Source: Octopus sinensis (taxonomy: Eukaryota). Taken from it: a stretch of 64,000 bases of DNA. Made by a program: the position numbers and the translations under genes. The stretch's first letter is position 1. Each line of letters opens with the position of its first letter. The notes under the pieces were generated by a model, which was not told the origin of the DNA, did not search any database, and was given only the letters and a program-made list of their open reading frames with translations. The stretch lies in assembly GCF_006345805.1 (NCBI RefSeq), contig NW_021833288.1, positions 12,470 to 76,469 of the forward strand, written 5' to 3'. This document shows positions 52,187 through 64,000 of the stretch, in pieces.

Positions 52187-53260
52187 TGTCACCGGTTGAG
52201 AATGATACCAGGCTGACAACGATCGCGCAAAATCGATTTTGCCCAAGTGCCGTAACACCGGTAGTTAACGGCAGCGACCGACAAATTTAAATACGAGTCA
52301 TTAAGTTTTCAAACCTACTAAACTCTAATTTCTGCCCTTTGGGCACAAAAACAAACGAGTCGATTCGTTTGAGCTACTCTTAAATAATTCAAACAACAAA
52401 ATGTATATATCTCATAGACTTCCTTAAAGAATGACAAATAATTACTGAATTAAGTATTATATAATAAGAATCGTTATACTTTTTAATATTTGAGAATGAA
52501 TCGAGGCCAACCAAAAGCCACGCGTAATTTTCGTTCTCATGAGCATAATGACGTAAATCGATTAGATCAAAAAATATCTTACATTAGACTAAATAGTGTA
52601 CCTTCCTCTCACGCTATAGGCTTCTTTGACTTAATTGCAGGTCTGGTGTTCATAAGCTTTCTCGCCTGACATTGGCAGCATGATTTGAGAATGAAATAAC
52701 CTCATTCCGACAAGACCATAGACAGTATCTTTAAGCAGAAAAAGTAGCTTGTGTCGACCTGGATGTCCATTTTTTAAATGGAGATTTTCAATAAAAAGTT
52801 TCTTTTGTTCTATTTCCTCGAGAGCGAAGGTACGTAGTAAGATTCCCGAAGTATTGAAGTAAAGAATGTCATTTTTGGAGTCCGACAATCTAAATAATGA
52901 TGCCGTTCTCCTAAAATTTGACTCATTCTGATTCTGACTCACTTCATCTGGCATTTCACCATCCTTAAGAAATGCTATAATTTCCGACTTTTTCTGTAGG
53001 GTCAATAAAACGAACTTCATAACAAAAAATTATGTAACGTGTTCGGAAAATTTCGATTTTCATATGAGGTCAGCCATTCTAAAAAAATTAAAATTTTCTT
53101 TCTTTTTTAAACTACAAAATCTAAAGTGATGATATTAATTTAATTTTTTGATAATCTATATTTTTGAGGTTTCGTTTTAGCGTAGCAACGGCACGGCGTT
53201 CACGGCAAAATCGATTTTGCGCGATCGTTCTCAGCCTGTAATCACTCTCATCCGGTGACA
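52187..53260 (-). mobile_element. Ginger/TDD-type non-autonomous element with integrase zinc-binding fragment
   Basis: TGTCAC...GTGACA ends, about 57-bp imperfect TIRs and a 5-bp TSD tataa (52182-52186, 53261-53265). 'HLKNGHPGRHKL...SCCQCQ' is an H2C2 motif with a frameshift. Confidence 0.88.
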
Positions 53261-53966
53261 TATAATGTTAAAAATCCATCTATTAAACCCGGGATTATTT
53301 TGGAAATTACCTTAGTCGGAATGCTGATTTTCTAAAAATAGAAGATCCTTATATACATAAGTTTTTAATTTCTCTACAAAGCCAAAAATATGATTACGTA
53401 ACATTGAGTTCTTAATTTTCAACCGCTAAAAATATTATAAAACGACGAAGGTTATTTTTATCCACGAACTAATGGAATTAAAACAATTAAAGCTTAATTT
53501 ATTTTTCATTATAAACGATATCAAAAAAGTTAAAATTTACATTCATTGCAATACTCTAAATTAATTGTGAAAACAAAGTGGATGTAAAATTCGGTAGCTA
53601 CAATTCACAGCATAAATATTAATTATGTCGCCTTTCTGAGTAATAAAACTGTTAGTACACTTTTGATGATAGACCATTAATATGTCACACTAATCCTTTA
53701 TCTGCAATTAATTAATATTAAAAAAATTTTAAGCAAAGAAACTAAGTGATCGTAATCATTTGCAGATTATTTATAACTATGGCCATTGTAGCTGTCTTAG
53801 TCGACGTAGTTTTTTTACATGACAATTGAATTGTCTCAGACATAAAAATAGTATCGGACATAAGATTTTACAAACAAAATTCTTTTATTCACATTCAGAA
53901 CAAACATAAGTATTCTTAAAAATGAAATTCTTTTTTAAAGCTACTAAGTATATTTAATCTAAAGTA

Positions 53967-55373
53967 CAGTGGAACTTGTCTAAACCGGACTCCGACGAGA
54001 CCATGAAAATCGGTCGGTTTATAGAGAGATCCGGTTTATCAAAGTTTTGAAATTTATAAACATAATCTTACCAAAAGGACTTAAAGTAAGATTCTATTTA
54101 TTAAGAAAATCTGTCAAAAAAGATTGTTTAAGGTTTGATTTTTTTCACAATGGCCGTGTTGTTCAGAATCATTAATTCTTTTATTGACGGAAGGAGAGAA
54201 GAATCCTTCGTGCAAGCAAAGTGCTGTATATCTTCGAGCATTGAGCGAATGTCAATGCGAGTTAATTTGGCTTCGTCTGCTTTTTGCGACTCGCCATCGT
54301 CGTTAGAATCACTCGGACTCTCCGCATCAGTTGGTTTTCGAGGAAGATGCTGCTCCAAGAGGGCATTTTCCCATTCGTCGGATTTTCTAGTTGATTTTAA
54401 CTCTTTTGAAACACCGAGATTGACGAGATTTTCCAATAACAAAAGGTTTAAGTTTTTCGCCTGTGGCACTGCAGGCAAACATGATTGTCAAACGTTCCTT
54501 GGAGAGTTTACCACCAGAATTATTGGCAGTTTTGACAGCAAGAGTTTTGTCAGGTAAGGCACGGAAAAACAGTCCAGTCTCGTCACAATTGAAGATGTCC
54601 TCATTGAGATACCCTTTCACAATAGAAGGAACTCGTGTAATCCAATCTTCAACAACAGCAGAATCAACATCAGCTTTTTCACCACAAATGGAGTAGGCTT
54701 CAATAAAATAACGTGACTTCCAGGAATCTAGCCACCCATTGGATGCTTTGAAATCATCAAAGCCAGGGGATTTTGCGAATGATGTTGCTTTCGCCTGAAT
54801 AATAGGCCCGGATATCATATAGTGAAGGGATCTAGCCCTCTGAAACCATTCCCAAGTGATCTTATTTAGATCATCAAACTTGCATTTATTTTCAAAACGC
54901 TTTTTCTTGCTTTTTCCATTGTCATCGTATATGTCCAGATATTTAGTAGAGTTTTTCAGAATATCCGATACAGTCCTGGTTCCAATACCATATTTTTGGC
55001 TTAGATCTTTCTGTGTTAACTTGGGTGTGGATTGATAATCTTTTATGAGTTGAACTTTGTGATTCAGGTCGAGTTCACAAAGAGTACGTTTCATTGATAT
55101 TAAGTCAGATATGAAACTTATTAACCTTTAAAATTATTATTTTTTTAATTTTTAAGAATAACAGTTATTTTTAATACCTCTTTGTCCGGTTTGCACAGTG
55201 TGAAAAAAGCCGTTGGGATTTGACATTACGGCCGGTTTTCAGAATATAGAGGATCCGGAATAAAGAGATGAAATTTATATTGAAAAATACTGTAAAAAAT
55301 TGGGACCGGAAAAAACGGCAGGTATACGGAGAGATCCGGTATATTCAGGGACCGGTTTAGACAAGTTCTACTG
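53967..55373 (-). mobile_element. Tigger/pogo element, internally deleted
   Basis: TA TSD and 22-bp TIR cagt.gaacttgtctaaaccgg. The 235-aa ORF has CENP-B HTHs and the start of DDE_1 ('IFNCDETGLF') and is joined to a C-terminal fragment. Confidence 0.95.
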
Positions 55374-56208
55374 TATATGCTTCGAATTATAGCACTACAA
55401 TATGTAAAAATTTTAAATTGCAGCTTTATTAAAGATTGATTATTTTTGACTTTCTTAAGAAAAGTGAAGATGTTCGAATAATAGACCAAGGAACTTAGCA
55501 TTTATTTAAGTAATGTTTAGAAACAGGGAGTTAAAATTTATTCATTGAAAGTGTCGTTACCAAATAGAATGATATTTAATTTAAAGTAAAAATTACTTTA
55601 TTTTAGAAATAATCGCCATTTTTCAAACCAAATGGAGTGATTAAGTTACAAAATTCTAAGCATTCAAAAAAATAGCCAAGAAACTGGAGAATTTCCCCAG
55701 ATCGATCTTATTTTCCTAAAAAAACCTGTAGGTTTAAAAGGAGGCCAGAAAACTGTCACGAATGGATTTTTGGACTGAGCTGAAAAATAATATACAAGAT
55801 TAAAAAATTATGAAAATATTTTTATGTGGTTCAATTGTTGCCTAACCGCATATTTTATGAGGAATTCAAACACGCACTACAATAATGTTAATTTTACCTT
55901 AAAATAATTTTCCAAGTTAAAAATATCATTTATTGTAATTTTTAATTTTTATAAAAGAAAATACTAATTAATCAAAAAATGATATCGACTGAGATCCTGT
56001 GAAAAACTATTGCGTCATGCTGTCAAACTTACTTTTCGAAATCAATTGGAGAAACATTTTGATATAAATTATTAAATAAAAAATTAATCCTCAGTTTTTT
56101 CAGGGTTTTATACATAATGTTTTTAGCAAATGGCATTTAAAATGAAGCAAATTTTCAAGTTATCATTTTTATATAATATAAAATATCGACTTTAAACTTG
56201 AGTATACC

Positions 56209-56310
56209 TTTAAATATAACTTGAATTATTTTAAATATAACTTGACTTAGTTTAAATATAACTTGAGACTTTAATTATAAGTTGAATTATTTTAAACATA
56301 ACTTGATTTA
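56209..56310. repeat. AT-rich minisatellite, about 21-22-bp unit, about 5 copies
   Basis: Recurrent 'tttaaatataacttga' with short variable linkers. Confidence 0.7.
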
Positions 56311-57059
56311 TTTTTTAGAAAACTTGTCGAGCATCTGAATTAGTTTGAGTGGCAATATTAATCGCAATACAAATAAAAAAGTTACTCTTCTAGGTGACCT
56401 TTTCCATCTAACTTATGCAACTTACCTGCGAAACAGATGATATTTTTAAAAATTGAGTAGAATTCAAAAATCAAAACCTCCGTGGTCATCTTCGTGTTTA
56501 AAAATAATGCATTATAAATGTGAACTAAAATTTTATTTCCAAATAATTTCCATCTAAAAAGATTTTTTTCTCATTATTGTTCATTCTGAAAGCTCAAAAC
56601 TTAGTTGCATAATCAAGTAGTTAACTTCAATTTCTTTAATTATAATTTATTCTAGTTCTTAAGTAAATAATAGTTACAATATTGATAGAGTTAAATTGTT
56701 TTTCACGGTTACTATAACGACGATATTTTTTATTATTATTCATTTAATGCACTACAATATTAATAGATTAATTGTATTTAATGCTTTTGATGCAACTGCA
56801 AATTAATTTTTGTGTTTGCCATTCGCGGTTAATGTTTTTACATTGCCACGTGATTTTATAGGTAATCGTGGGTAAAACGTAATTATAACAGTTTATTCAT
56901 TACAAAAAAGATAATTTAAAGATAATTAAAATTTTTGAAACTAGTTTATCGAAAAAATTATTATATTTTAAATTATTTTAAAATAAATTATTTTTTAAAA
57001 TAAAATAATTTTATTGAAGACGTTTTCATTTAGCTTAACCTAGCTTTAAAAAATGAATG

Positions 57060-59935
57060 TAGTATTTTTAGATTATATAAAAAGGATTTGTATGACACCT
57101 TTATACTAAAACATCTGAAAAAATATGGTTACTTTTGTGGCAAAGTAATTTTTTGATTATTAAAAATTTTAAGAAATCTAAATCTATCGGACCTTGTCTC
57201 AAAGACATTGAAAATGAAGATTCCTTAGAATCTAATAGTATAATTTTTTGACAAAAAGCGTTTAGATATAAATGAATACATATTCAATTCTTTATATAGT
57301 CAGAACATATATAATGAAATTATTGACTATAAACTGAGTGGAATCTCGTATCCTGATGGAATTGATTTATCTAATGGGGACATATTTTTGAAATTTTCAA
57401 ATACTTCAAAGATAGTTAAAGAAGAATTTTATGAGCCAAGTTGATTTTTATGTAAAAGATTTTTACTCAGGTGGAAATGAAGCCCATCCAATAATATTAT
57501 CAAATTTGTCAAATTCAGATGTATCCATGGAAATCATTTATGACAATATTCCAGAAATCGTATTTCACTTTTTATCAAAAATCGTTTAAATTAATAGAAA
57601 CCAAACAAACTTTTTCGGGACAAAAACTCAATGAATAGTGGATGGGTAAAACGTGCTGAGAAACCTAATTTACTTCATTTTGATTCCAGATTTGAAGGTG
57701 GAAATCTCAGAAGAGTTGTATCAATGTAGTTTTATAGTAAAAATTTGTTAGTGGAAATAATTCATATGAATTGTGGATGAGAACTGATGTTTTTACAACG
57801 AAATACACTCAGTGGTTTTATTTCAGTATAAAAAATGTCAATCCAAATGTCAATTATCGGTTTACAATTTGTAATTTCGTCAAAGTAATTTACAGTTTAA
57901 TGATTTTAAAGAAAAGCAGTGTATTTATGCATGGCACGAAACCTTTAATTTATTCTAGCACTTCTAAACAACCCGGATGGAAAAGATTTGGAGAAGAAAT
58001 AGCATATTATGAAACAAATTTGAAGTATATATTTTGTTTATAGTTTTCTAGATTCCGCAAAAACCGGAATTATTTTGCATTGACGTTCTGTTTTAATATA
58101 AAAGAATGCTCTAGTCCTAATTCGTTGTTCTACATAGCCCCATGTTATCCATACACATATTCAGATTTAAGAGTATTAATATTAATTACTTTTTATTAGA
58201 GAAGCATAAACAAAATTATTAATTGTGCTCGTACAAAAAATATTTGCAAAGTGCAACCTCTTTGCCGTTCAATGGCAGGAAATTTAGTCTATACTTTGAC
58301 AATAACTAATCCCAATACACCAAAATCTGTGAAAAATTAGATTTGTTTATTTTTCTAGGAAAAAAAAGGAGTAGTCTTAAGTGCCCGCGTTCATCCTGGA
58401 GAATCGAATTCAAGTTGGGCAATGCAGGGAATAATTGATCATCTTTTGGAAGATTCTCCTAGATCTGAACAACTGAGAAATTCTTTTATTTTCAAATTAA
58501 TACCCATGCTTAATCCAGATGGGGTCATTCTTGGAAACTATCGCTGTTCACTTTCAGGCAGAGATCTTAACAGGACTTATAATTCTCGGTTGAGTTTTCT
58601 TTGCTATCCAACTATCAATTCTATCAAAGAACTCATTATTAAGTACTTTATCCGATAATGTAATTTTCAGATTTAAAAATGAGATGGGAGATATAATGTT
58701 TTGTGATATCCACGGACATAGTAAAAAATATGGTGCATTTATTTACGGATGTGAATTGGGAAGTACTTCTAGATCTACAAATTTTACTGAAAATCATGCT
58801 TTTTCATATTTACTTCATAAATATAATTCAGATATTTTTTCTTTTAAAAACTGTCGATTTTCATTGATAAAAGGAAAAGAAGGTACCGGTAGACAACATA
58901 TCTGGAAAAGAGGAATTGAACACAGTTATACAATGGAGGTTTATAAGTAAATCTGATAAATTCAGATAAGTTTTGGTGGAAATTTTGTTGAAAATAAATT
59001 AATTCATTTTTGTATAAAAACTCTTAAAAATGTTGGACGCGATTTCATTGATACGTGGTTAAACTTTTTTAACGAAAAAGATGTAAAAATTTTATTTACA
59101 GTTACTTTGATAGAAAACAAAAATTGTTCATGAAATATTAAAAAAGTTAATTTTTTAATCAATTTGTTTTAGAAAACTTGAAGTTATCGAAAAGTTAGTC
59201 AAAATGAATTTATAGTGTCTAGTGGAGAAGACACAGATTCAGATAGCTCCGTTTCTGACGGAGCACCGATTCAATACGAACATTTAATAAAAGGAAAAAA
59301 TATGTTATTTTTAATTATTAATTTTGAATTTATAGAAAAAATATAAGAAAAACAAAAAACAGCAAAGTTTTTATTCATTAAAATAGATAAAATTTTAGAA
59401 AAAATTAAGACTGAAAAAAAATTTGAACTTGAAATGGAAAATACTACACCATTTTATGTTATTCTAAATAATTATAAATAGACTGGAAATGAATTACAAC
59501 CGAATCTCAAATCTCCAATCGAAAAATATTATAAAAGCGACAAAAAATTTTTTATTGGTTTAATAAATGAAATATATTTTAGATCTAAACAAAACAATTA
59601 AAAGATTTGACAAATTACCTAATATTATTCCAATGCCAGACCAAAATCATTTTCCAATTAGCAAAGAACCAAGTTTCATTAAAGAAACATTGGAACCGAA
59701 ATATTTCCAGACCAATGTAAGTAAAGTAGAGGAGCTCATGTCAAAACAAGTTGAATTTATTCACGATCGTTTAATTTTGATGGGAACAAGTTCAATAGAT
59801 CAATCATTTGCTAATAAAAGCAGAAATATAAAAGAACAAAAAATTGAAAAATTTGGACAATATTTATCCTTAGGAAAACCTGCTACAATTGAACTTAAAC
59901 AATCAGGAAAACTTTCATTGGTACCTAGTAAATAA
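57060..59935 (+). CDS. Cytosolic carboxypeptidase (AGBL/CCP, M14D tubulin deglutamylase family), multi-exon; 5' end uncertain
   Basis: 'FDSRFEGGNL', 'TQWFYF', 'CYPYTYSDL', 'ARVHPGESNSSW', 'PMLNPDGVILGNYRCSLSGRDLNR', 'DIHGHS', 'SYTME'. Confidence 0.92.
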
Positions 59936-61529
59936 TTTTATTAATACTATAAACAAAAAATCCAACTTTAAATATTTATAATTTTCGCGTTATTTTTATT
60001 ATTTTGAGTAGTTACCGGAAATGTAATTCTTTGATGGAAAAAATTTTGCAGTCATTTAAATACACAATTTAGAAGAAATTTTATTTTTAAATATTTAAAA
60101 ATTTTTAAAGTGTTTGACGTTATTAAAAATAGAGCACAGTACCATGTATCTAATGTTGAAAATCCACCTATTATTAATCATCATTTCTCAAATTGAAAAT
60201 CTTTGGATAAGAACTACATATTTAATTCCTTATATAGTCAGAACATTTAATCACAAATTTTGCTGAACACAGCAATCTAGGTCTCAAAAGTCTACAAAAT
60301 AATGATCTATCAAAAAATAAAAGAACAAAATCCGACTAATGATTTTCAGTGAAATATCAAAACTAGGCAAATCTATATTAAAAATAATAGTTATACAAAA
60401 AAGTAAGATAAATTAATAAGTTAACTAAATGCATTGTAATTTCCTTTGAGACAAAACCTTCCTCTTCCTTGATTTGCTGTTTCTTTGTAAATTCATTTTC
60501 TGACACGTTATCTGGTACCAACTCACCACAATTGTTGGAAAATAATGCAAACCTTTTTTTCCAGAGATCTAAAAGCCATACGTTTCTCGAACTAGCAGTA
60601 TGATCAAATATTTTTATATCTTAATGGGAAATTTAATATTTAATGTCACAGGCTGGATAATGCCCTGGGTTGGATAATACCCCCTTAAAATTTTTTTTAA
60701 AATCAAACGAAAATAACCTGATAATTAATTAAAAATAACTTGATAATGGAATTAAGTCGATTTATTCAATTTTTTCTCAATTTTTTGATTGAAAGAATTT
60801 TTCAAAGAGTCGGCAAAAACCGGCATCACCAATTTTTCCAAATCAATAACGTATTTTATTATAATTATACAATTTTTTAGGTCTACCATTTAAAAATAAA
60901 TATTAAAAATTCATGAATTTTTATTATATAAAAATTTTTTATAAGAGTCATATTTTTTTTATACGACTTTTGTGTACATATTTTGATGATTCGTCATTAA
61001 GATCTTTAAGTACGCACTGGTCTTTATCAACCTCCGATATTTCATATATAGTGGAATCAATCTAATCGTATAGGGGGTATTTTCGGTTATTTGGATTCGC
61101 ATCAATATCATGTCTCAGTAGGACATTATCTCCTACTGCTAAATCTTCATCAAATTTCCATTTCCGCCTCCTTTTCATTTTTTCTCCGGCGAGAACATGG
61201 CTTTCATACACACTTTGTTGATTCAAACAATCGTCCTCGTTTTCCAAATAATCGGATCCAATTATCTCCGATTGACTTGATTCAACCGCTTCATTTCCAT
61301 CAAATGACAACAACGCCGATCTAATTTCCTTCGAGATTAAATGATTTCCTCGCATAAAAATTTCGAAAGGTGTCCTCTTGGTCGTTTCATGCTTCGACAT
61401 GTTATATTTATAAACAACTAGCTCGGCAGCTCGCTTCGCTCACCGCGACCTAGCTCCTGCGGAGGGCCTGTTTCATCAAACAACTATAAGTTTATGTAGA
61501 TGTATAAAACTACCTGGTTTAATGTAACC

Positions 61530-61718
61530 CTATTCTATCGCCTGTTGATAAACGATGTTTGTCGTCCGTCCTTCCTTGGCATATATGAATAAATTTTCTC
61601 TTCTGCCTACCCTCGAGCATCCCACATACAGCTGTCCATGTGAAAAGCACTCACTCTCTAAAAATAACCCAACTACCTTTAATGACTGTCCCTGGGCCTT
61701 GTTTATTGTCATTGCAAA
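61530..61718 (-). pseudogene. Helitron RepHel helicase C-terminal fragment
   Basis: 'FAMTINKAQGQSLKVVGL...CFSHGQLYVGCSRVG...TTNIVY'. Confidence 0.9.
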
Positions 61719-62076
61719 CTTTTTTTTCATTTTTTGTGGTTTATTTTTTTTATATTTAATTTTTTCATTTTTCCTTTGTAATTTCCTTTTTTTTCTTTTT
61801 TTATTTTTTACTGGCGGAAATGGGGCAGGGGGAGATACGGCAGGCGGAAATGCGGCAGGCAAGAAAGCGACACACAAAAAAAATTTAATTAATTACCTTA
61901 TTAAGCTGACCGTTTTTTCTTCAGCTTCGTTTTTCCTCCTTCGGTTATCTATTTAAAAAATTATTTTTGAATAATAAAAAAGTTTAGGAAAAGAGGCATA
62001 CCGAAAATAAATTCTATCTTTACGAAAAACTCAAGTAAATAGTTAATATTTTTACGCAAATTCTTCTGATTGCGCT

Positions 62077-62281
62077 GTCAATTGGTGGTAAATTGTGTTA
62101 ATGGTTGTGCTAATGTGGTTTCAACTATCAAAGTGTTTTTCAAAATCTGTTAATTGCACACTCTATTCAAGGTCGTGCGTCAATTGGTGGTAAATTGTGT
62201 TAATGATTGTGCTAATGTGGTTTCAACTATCAAAGTGGTTTTTCAAAATCTGTTAATTGCACACTCTATTCAAAGTCGTGC
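62077..62281. repeat. 102-bp tandem duplication inside the Helitron
   Basis: The unit starting 'gtcaattggtggtaaattgtg' occurs at 62077 and 62179. Confidence 0.9.
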
Positions 62282-62491
62282 AATCTGTGATTGCACATTC
62301 TGTCAAAGTCAAATATGATAATAGCTTTAATTTTGATTCATGGTCGATAATGATATATGCATTTAATTTTAAAGAGAAAAACATAGGATGAATTGAATTT
62401 CTTTATCGCGAATAATTGGGAGTTCATCATTGTTAATATTCTCGCTGTCGTTTTCATCAAGGATATTCTTAATACGTGAGATTTTTGCCTT

Positions 62492-63098
62492 GAAGGTTTT
62501 AATGGACCTCATCATGAATGTCGAGGACATTCGCGTTGTTCATTTTAATCAAAATGCAGAAAATAATTTTTTGATTTTTTGGGGGGAAGGTTTTAAGGAC
62601 TTCATCATGTAAGTCGAGGACATTGTAGTTGTTCATTTTAACCAAAATGCAGAAAATTTTTTTTTAATTTTTTTGGGGGGAAGGTTTTAAGGACTTCATC
62701 ATGTAAGTCGAGGACATTGTAGTTGTTCATTTTAACCAAAATGCAGAAAATTTTTTTTTAATTTTTTTGGGGGGAAGGTTTTAAGGACTTCATCATGTAA
62801 GTCGAGGACATTGTAGTTGTTCATTTTAACCAAAATGCAGAAAATTTTTTTTTAATTTTTTTGGGGGGAAGGTTTTAAGGACTTCATCATGTAAGTCGAG
62901 GACATTGTAGTTGTTCATTTTAACCAAAATGCAGAAAATTTTTTTTTAATTTTTTTGGGGGGAAGGTTTTAAGGACCTCATCATGTAAGTCGAGGACATC
63001 GTAGTTGTTCATTTTGACCAAAACGCAGAAAAATTTTTTTTTAATTTTTTTGGGGGGAAGGTTTTAAGGACCTCATCATGTAAGTCGAGGACATCGTA
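62492..63098. repeat. 94-bp tandem array, about 6.4 copies, inside the Helitron
   Basis: 'gaaggttttaa' recurs at 62492, 62586, 62680, 62774, 62868, 62962 and 63057. Confidence 0.97.
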
Positions 63099-63120
63099 TT
63101 GCCAATTTGAAGTTGGTGTG

Positions 63121-63184
63121 CACACACAGACAGACAGACAGACACACAGACAGACACACAGACAGACAGACAGACAGACACACA
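63121..63184. repeat. (CAGA)n/(CA)n microsatellite at the Helitron 5' end
   Basis: Directly visible. Confidence 0.97.
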
Positions 63185-64000
63185 CCATACCATTTTATTA
63201 TTAAGATTTCTTGATAGAAGTCTTTATAGCTTCCAAAAGACCCATTTGAGGCACTAGTTGAGCTAATCCACCTTTTGATCGATTGATTGAATCTAAAGAT
63301 AAATTTACAAATAACTTGCCTTTCTACTTGACCCTGAATCCATGGTGCTCTAGGGCGTCCACTTATATGTATGATTTTCAGATCATTACACATTGTTTCC
63401 ATACATTTGTTCTTAAATTCTTTCCCATTATCCGTCTGTAGAATAAATGGGGGACCAATCATGTAAAAAATGTTCTTTAATTTTCTAGTAATTTCCTCCG
63501 CTGATTTCCGCCTGGCAAGTTTTACAACTGCGAATTTAGAAAATGAGTCTATAACCACAACCAACTACAATTTATACAAAAAAATACCCATCCATTATCG
63601 CTATTAAGGCTAGCATACCTTCTTAAATCCACTAAATCTGCAATATAGCGATCTTTAGGCCCTCTTGCAATAATAGGAGTGATTGTTGGCTTAGTCGCCA
63701 TCAACTTTTTTGACTAAAAATAATTCAATACATATGCACCTGACAGTGAACGCATTTTGAGATCACAGCAGTAATTTCGTCTCGGGTTACTGCATAAATT
63801 TCCTTTCTCAATATCGAAAGCAACTTATCTCTTCCAAAATGTGTCCTCATATGTTCAATCTATAATAATTATGTAACGATCACGATCACCTCGATAGTTT
63901 TTAGTTTAAGTTCCTTTTCTTCTTTGGGAAAAAAGCGTAACCTCTGATTTTTGTATTTTATGTATACTATCCCTTCCTCCTCGAAAATTAACTGTTCTGC

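Larger units (their letters stand above)
36067..52317 (+). repeat. Tandem segmental duplication, copy 2
   Basis: See copy 1. This copy carries private Tigger and RTE insertions and lacks the CRE. Confidence 0.97.
61418..63206 (-). mobile_element. Non-autonomous Helitron
   Basis: 5' TC (63206-63205) after a target A, 3' CTAG (61421-61418) before a target T, no TSD, a GC-rich 3' subterminal stretch and a 5' (GTCT)n tract. It contains the PIF1-type helicase C-terminus. Confidence 0.93.
60644..64000 (-). mobile_element. Ginger/TDD-type integrase element running off the window end; interrupted by a Helitron
   Basis: Candidate terminus TGTCAC at 60644, like the 52-kb element. The integrase lies in 60948->64000. 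Confidence 0.8.
60948..64000 (-). pseudogene. Intron-containing DDE integrase (H2C2 plus rve core plus C-terminal region), split by a Helitron
   Basis: After removing introns 63860-63889, 63714-63739, 63565-63587, 63293-63319 and the Helitron, the frame is continuous: 'HMRTHFGRDKL..KCVHCQ', 'YIADLVD', 'VIDSFSK', 'LQTDNGKEF', 'QGQVER|FNQSIK', 'YQEI|VYKYNMSKHETT'. One in-frame TAG at 61062. Confidence 0.88.

Noticed and set aside
60430-60600. Possible Tc1 N-terminal remnant
   Set aside because: Too short and stop-ridden, with no termini, to support a call.
62492-63098. CRISPR-like array next to an integrase
   Set aside because: The units are repeated end to end with no unique spacers, there are no cas genes, and the array lies within Helitron termini in a eukaryotic context.
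63076-63206. 'CLSV' repeat tail on the integrase ORF
   Set aside because: An artefact of reading into the Helitron microsatellite; the true frame resumes at 61417.

Overview
This is AT-rich eukaryotic, animal-like DNA. The host genes are split by very short spliceosomal introns, mostly 20-35 nt. That points to a genome-reduced parasitic metazoan (dicyemid, orthonectid or myxozoan); this is an inference and the species cannot be named from the window. Recognisable host genes: TEX2, SNRNP40, GAPDH, ALG10, a disabled syntaxin-5-like gene, an ELMOD gene, an NSD-family H3K36 methyltransferase and a cytosolic carboxypeptidase (AGBL/CCP). About 21.0-52.3 kb is a head-to-tail tandem duplication (21049-36067 and 36067-52317). 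Its copies show reciprocal frameshifts (NSD broken in copy 1, ELMOD broken in copy 2), uneven divergence and copy-specific insertions. The copy-specific insertions are a GC-rich CRE-clade retrotransposon, a 5'-inverted RTE retrotransposon at almost the same site in the other copy, and a Tigger. The rest is a dense, often nested set of transposons: hAT/Buster, Merlin, Tigger/pogo, IS630-Tc1, Ginger-type integrase elements, R4/RTE remnants and a Helitron carrying a 94-bp tandem array. Several transposase and integrase genes themselves contain host-type mini-introns, one of them GC-AG. There is no CRISPR array, rRNA or tRNA that I can support. All exon/intron calls and identity estimates were made by eye.
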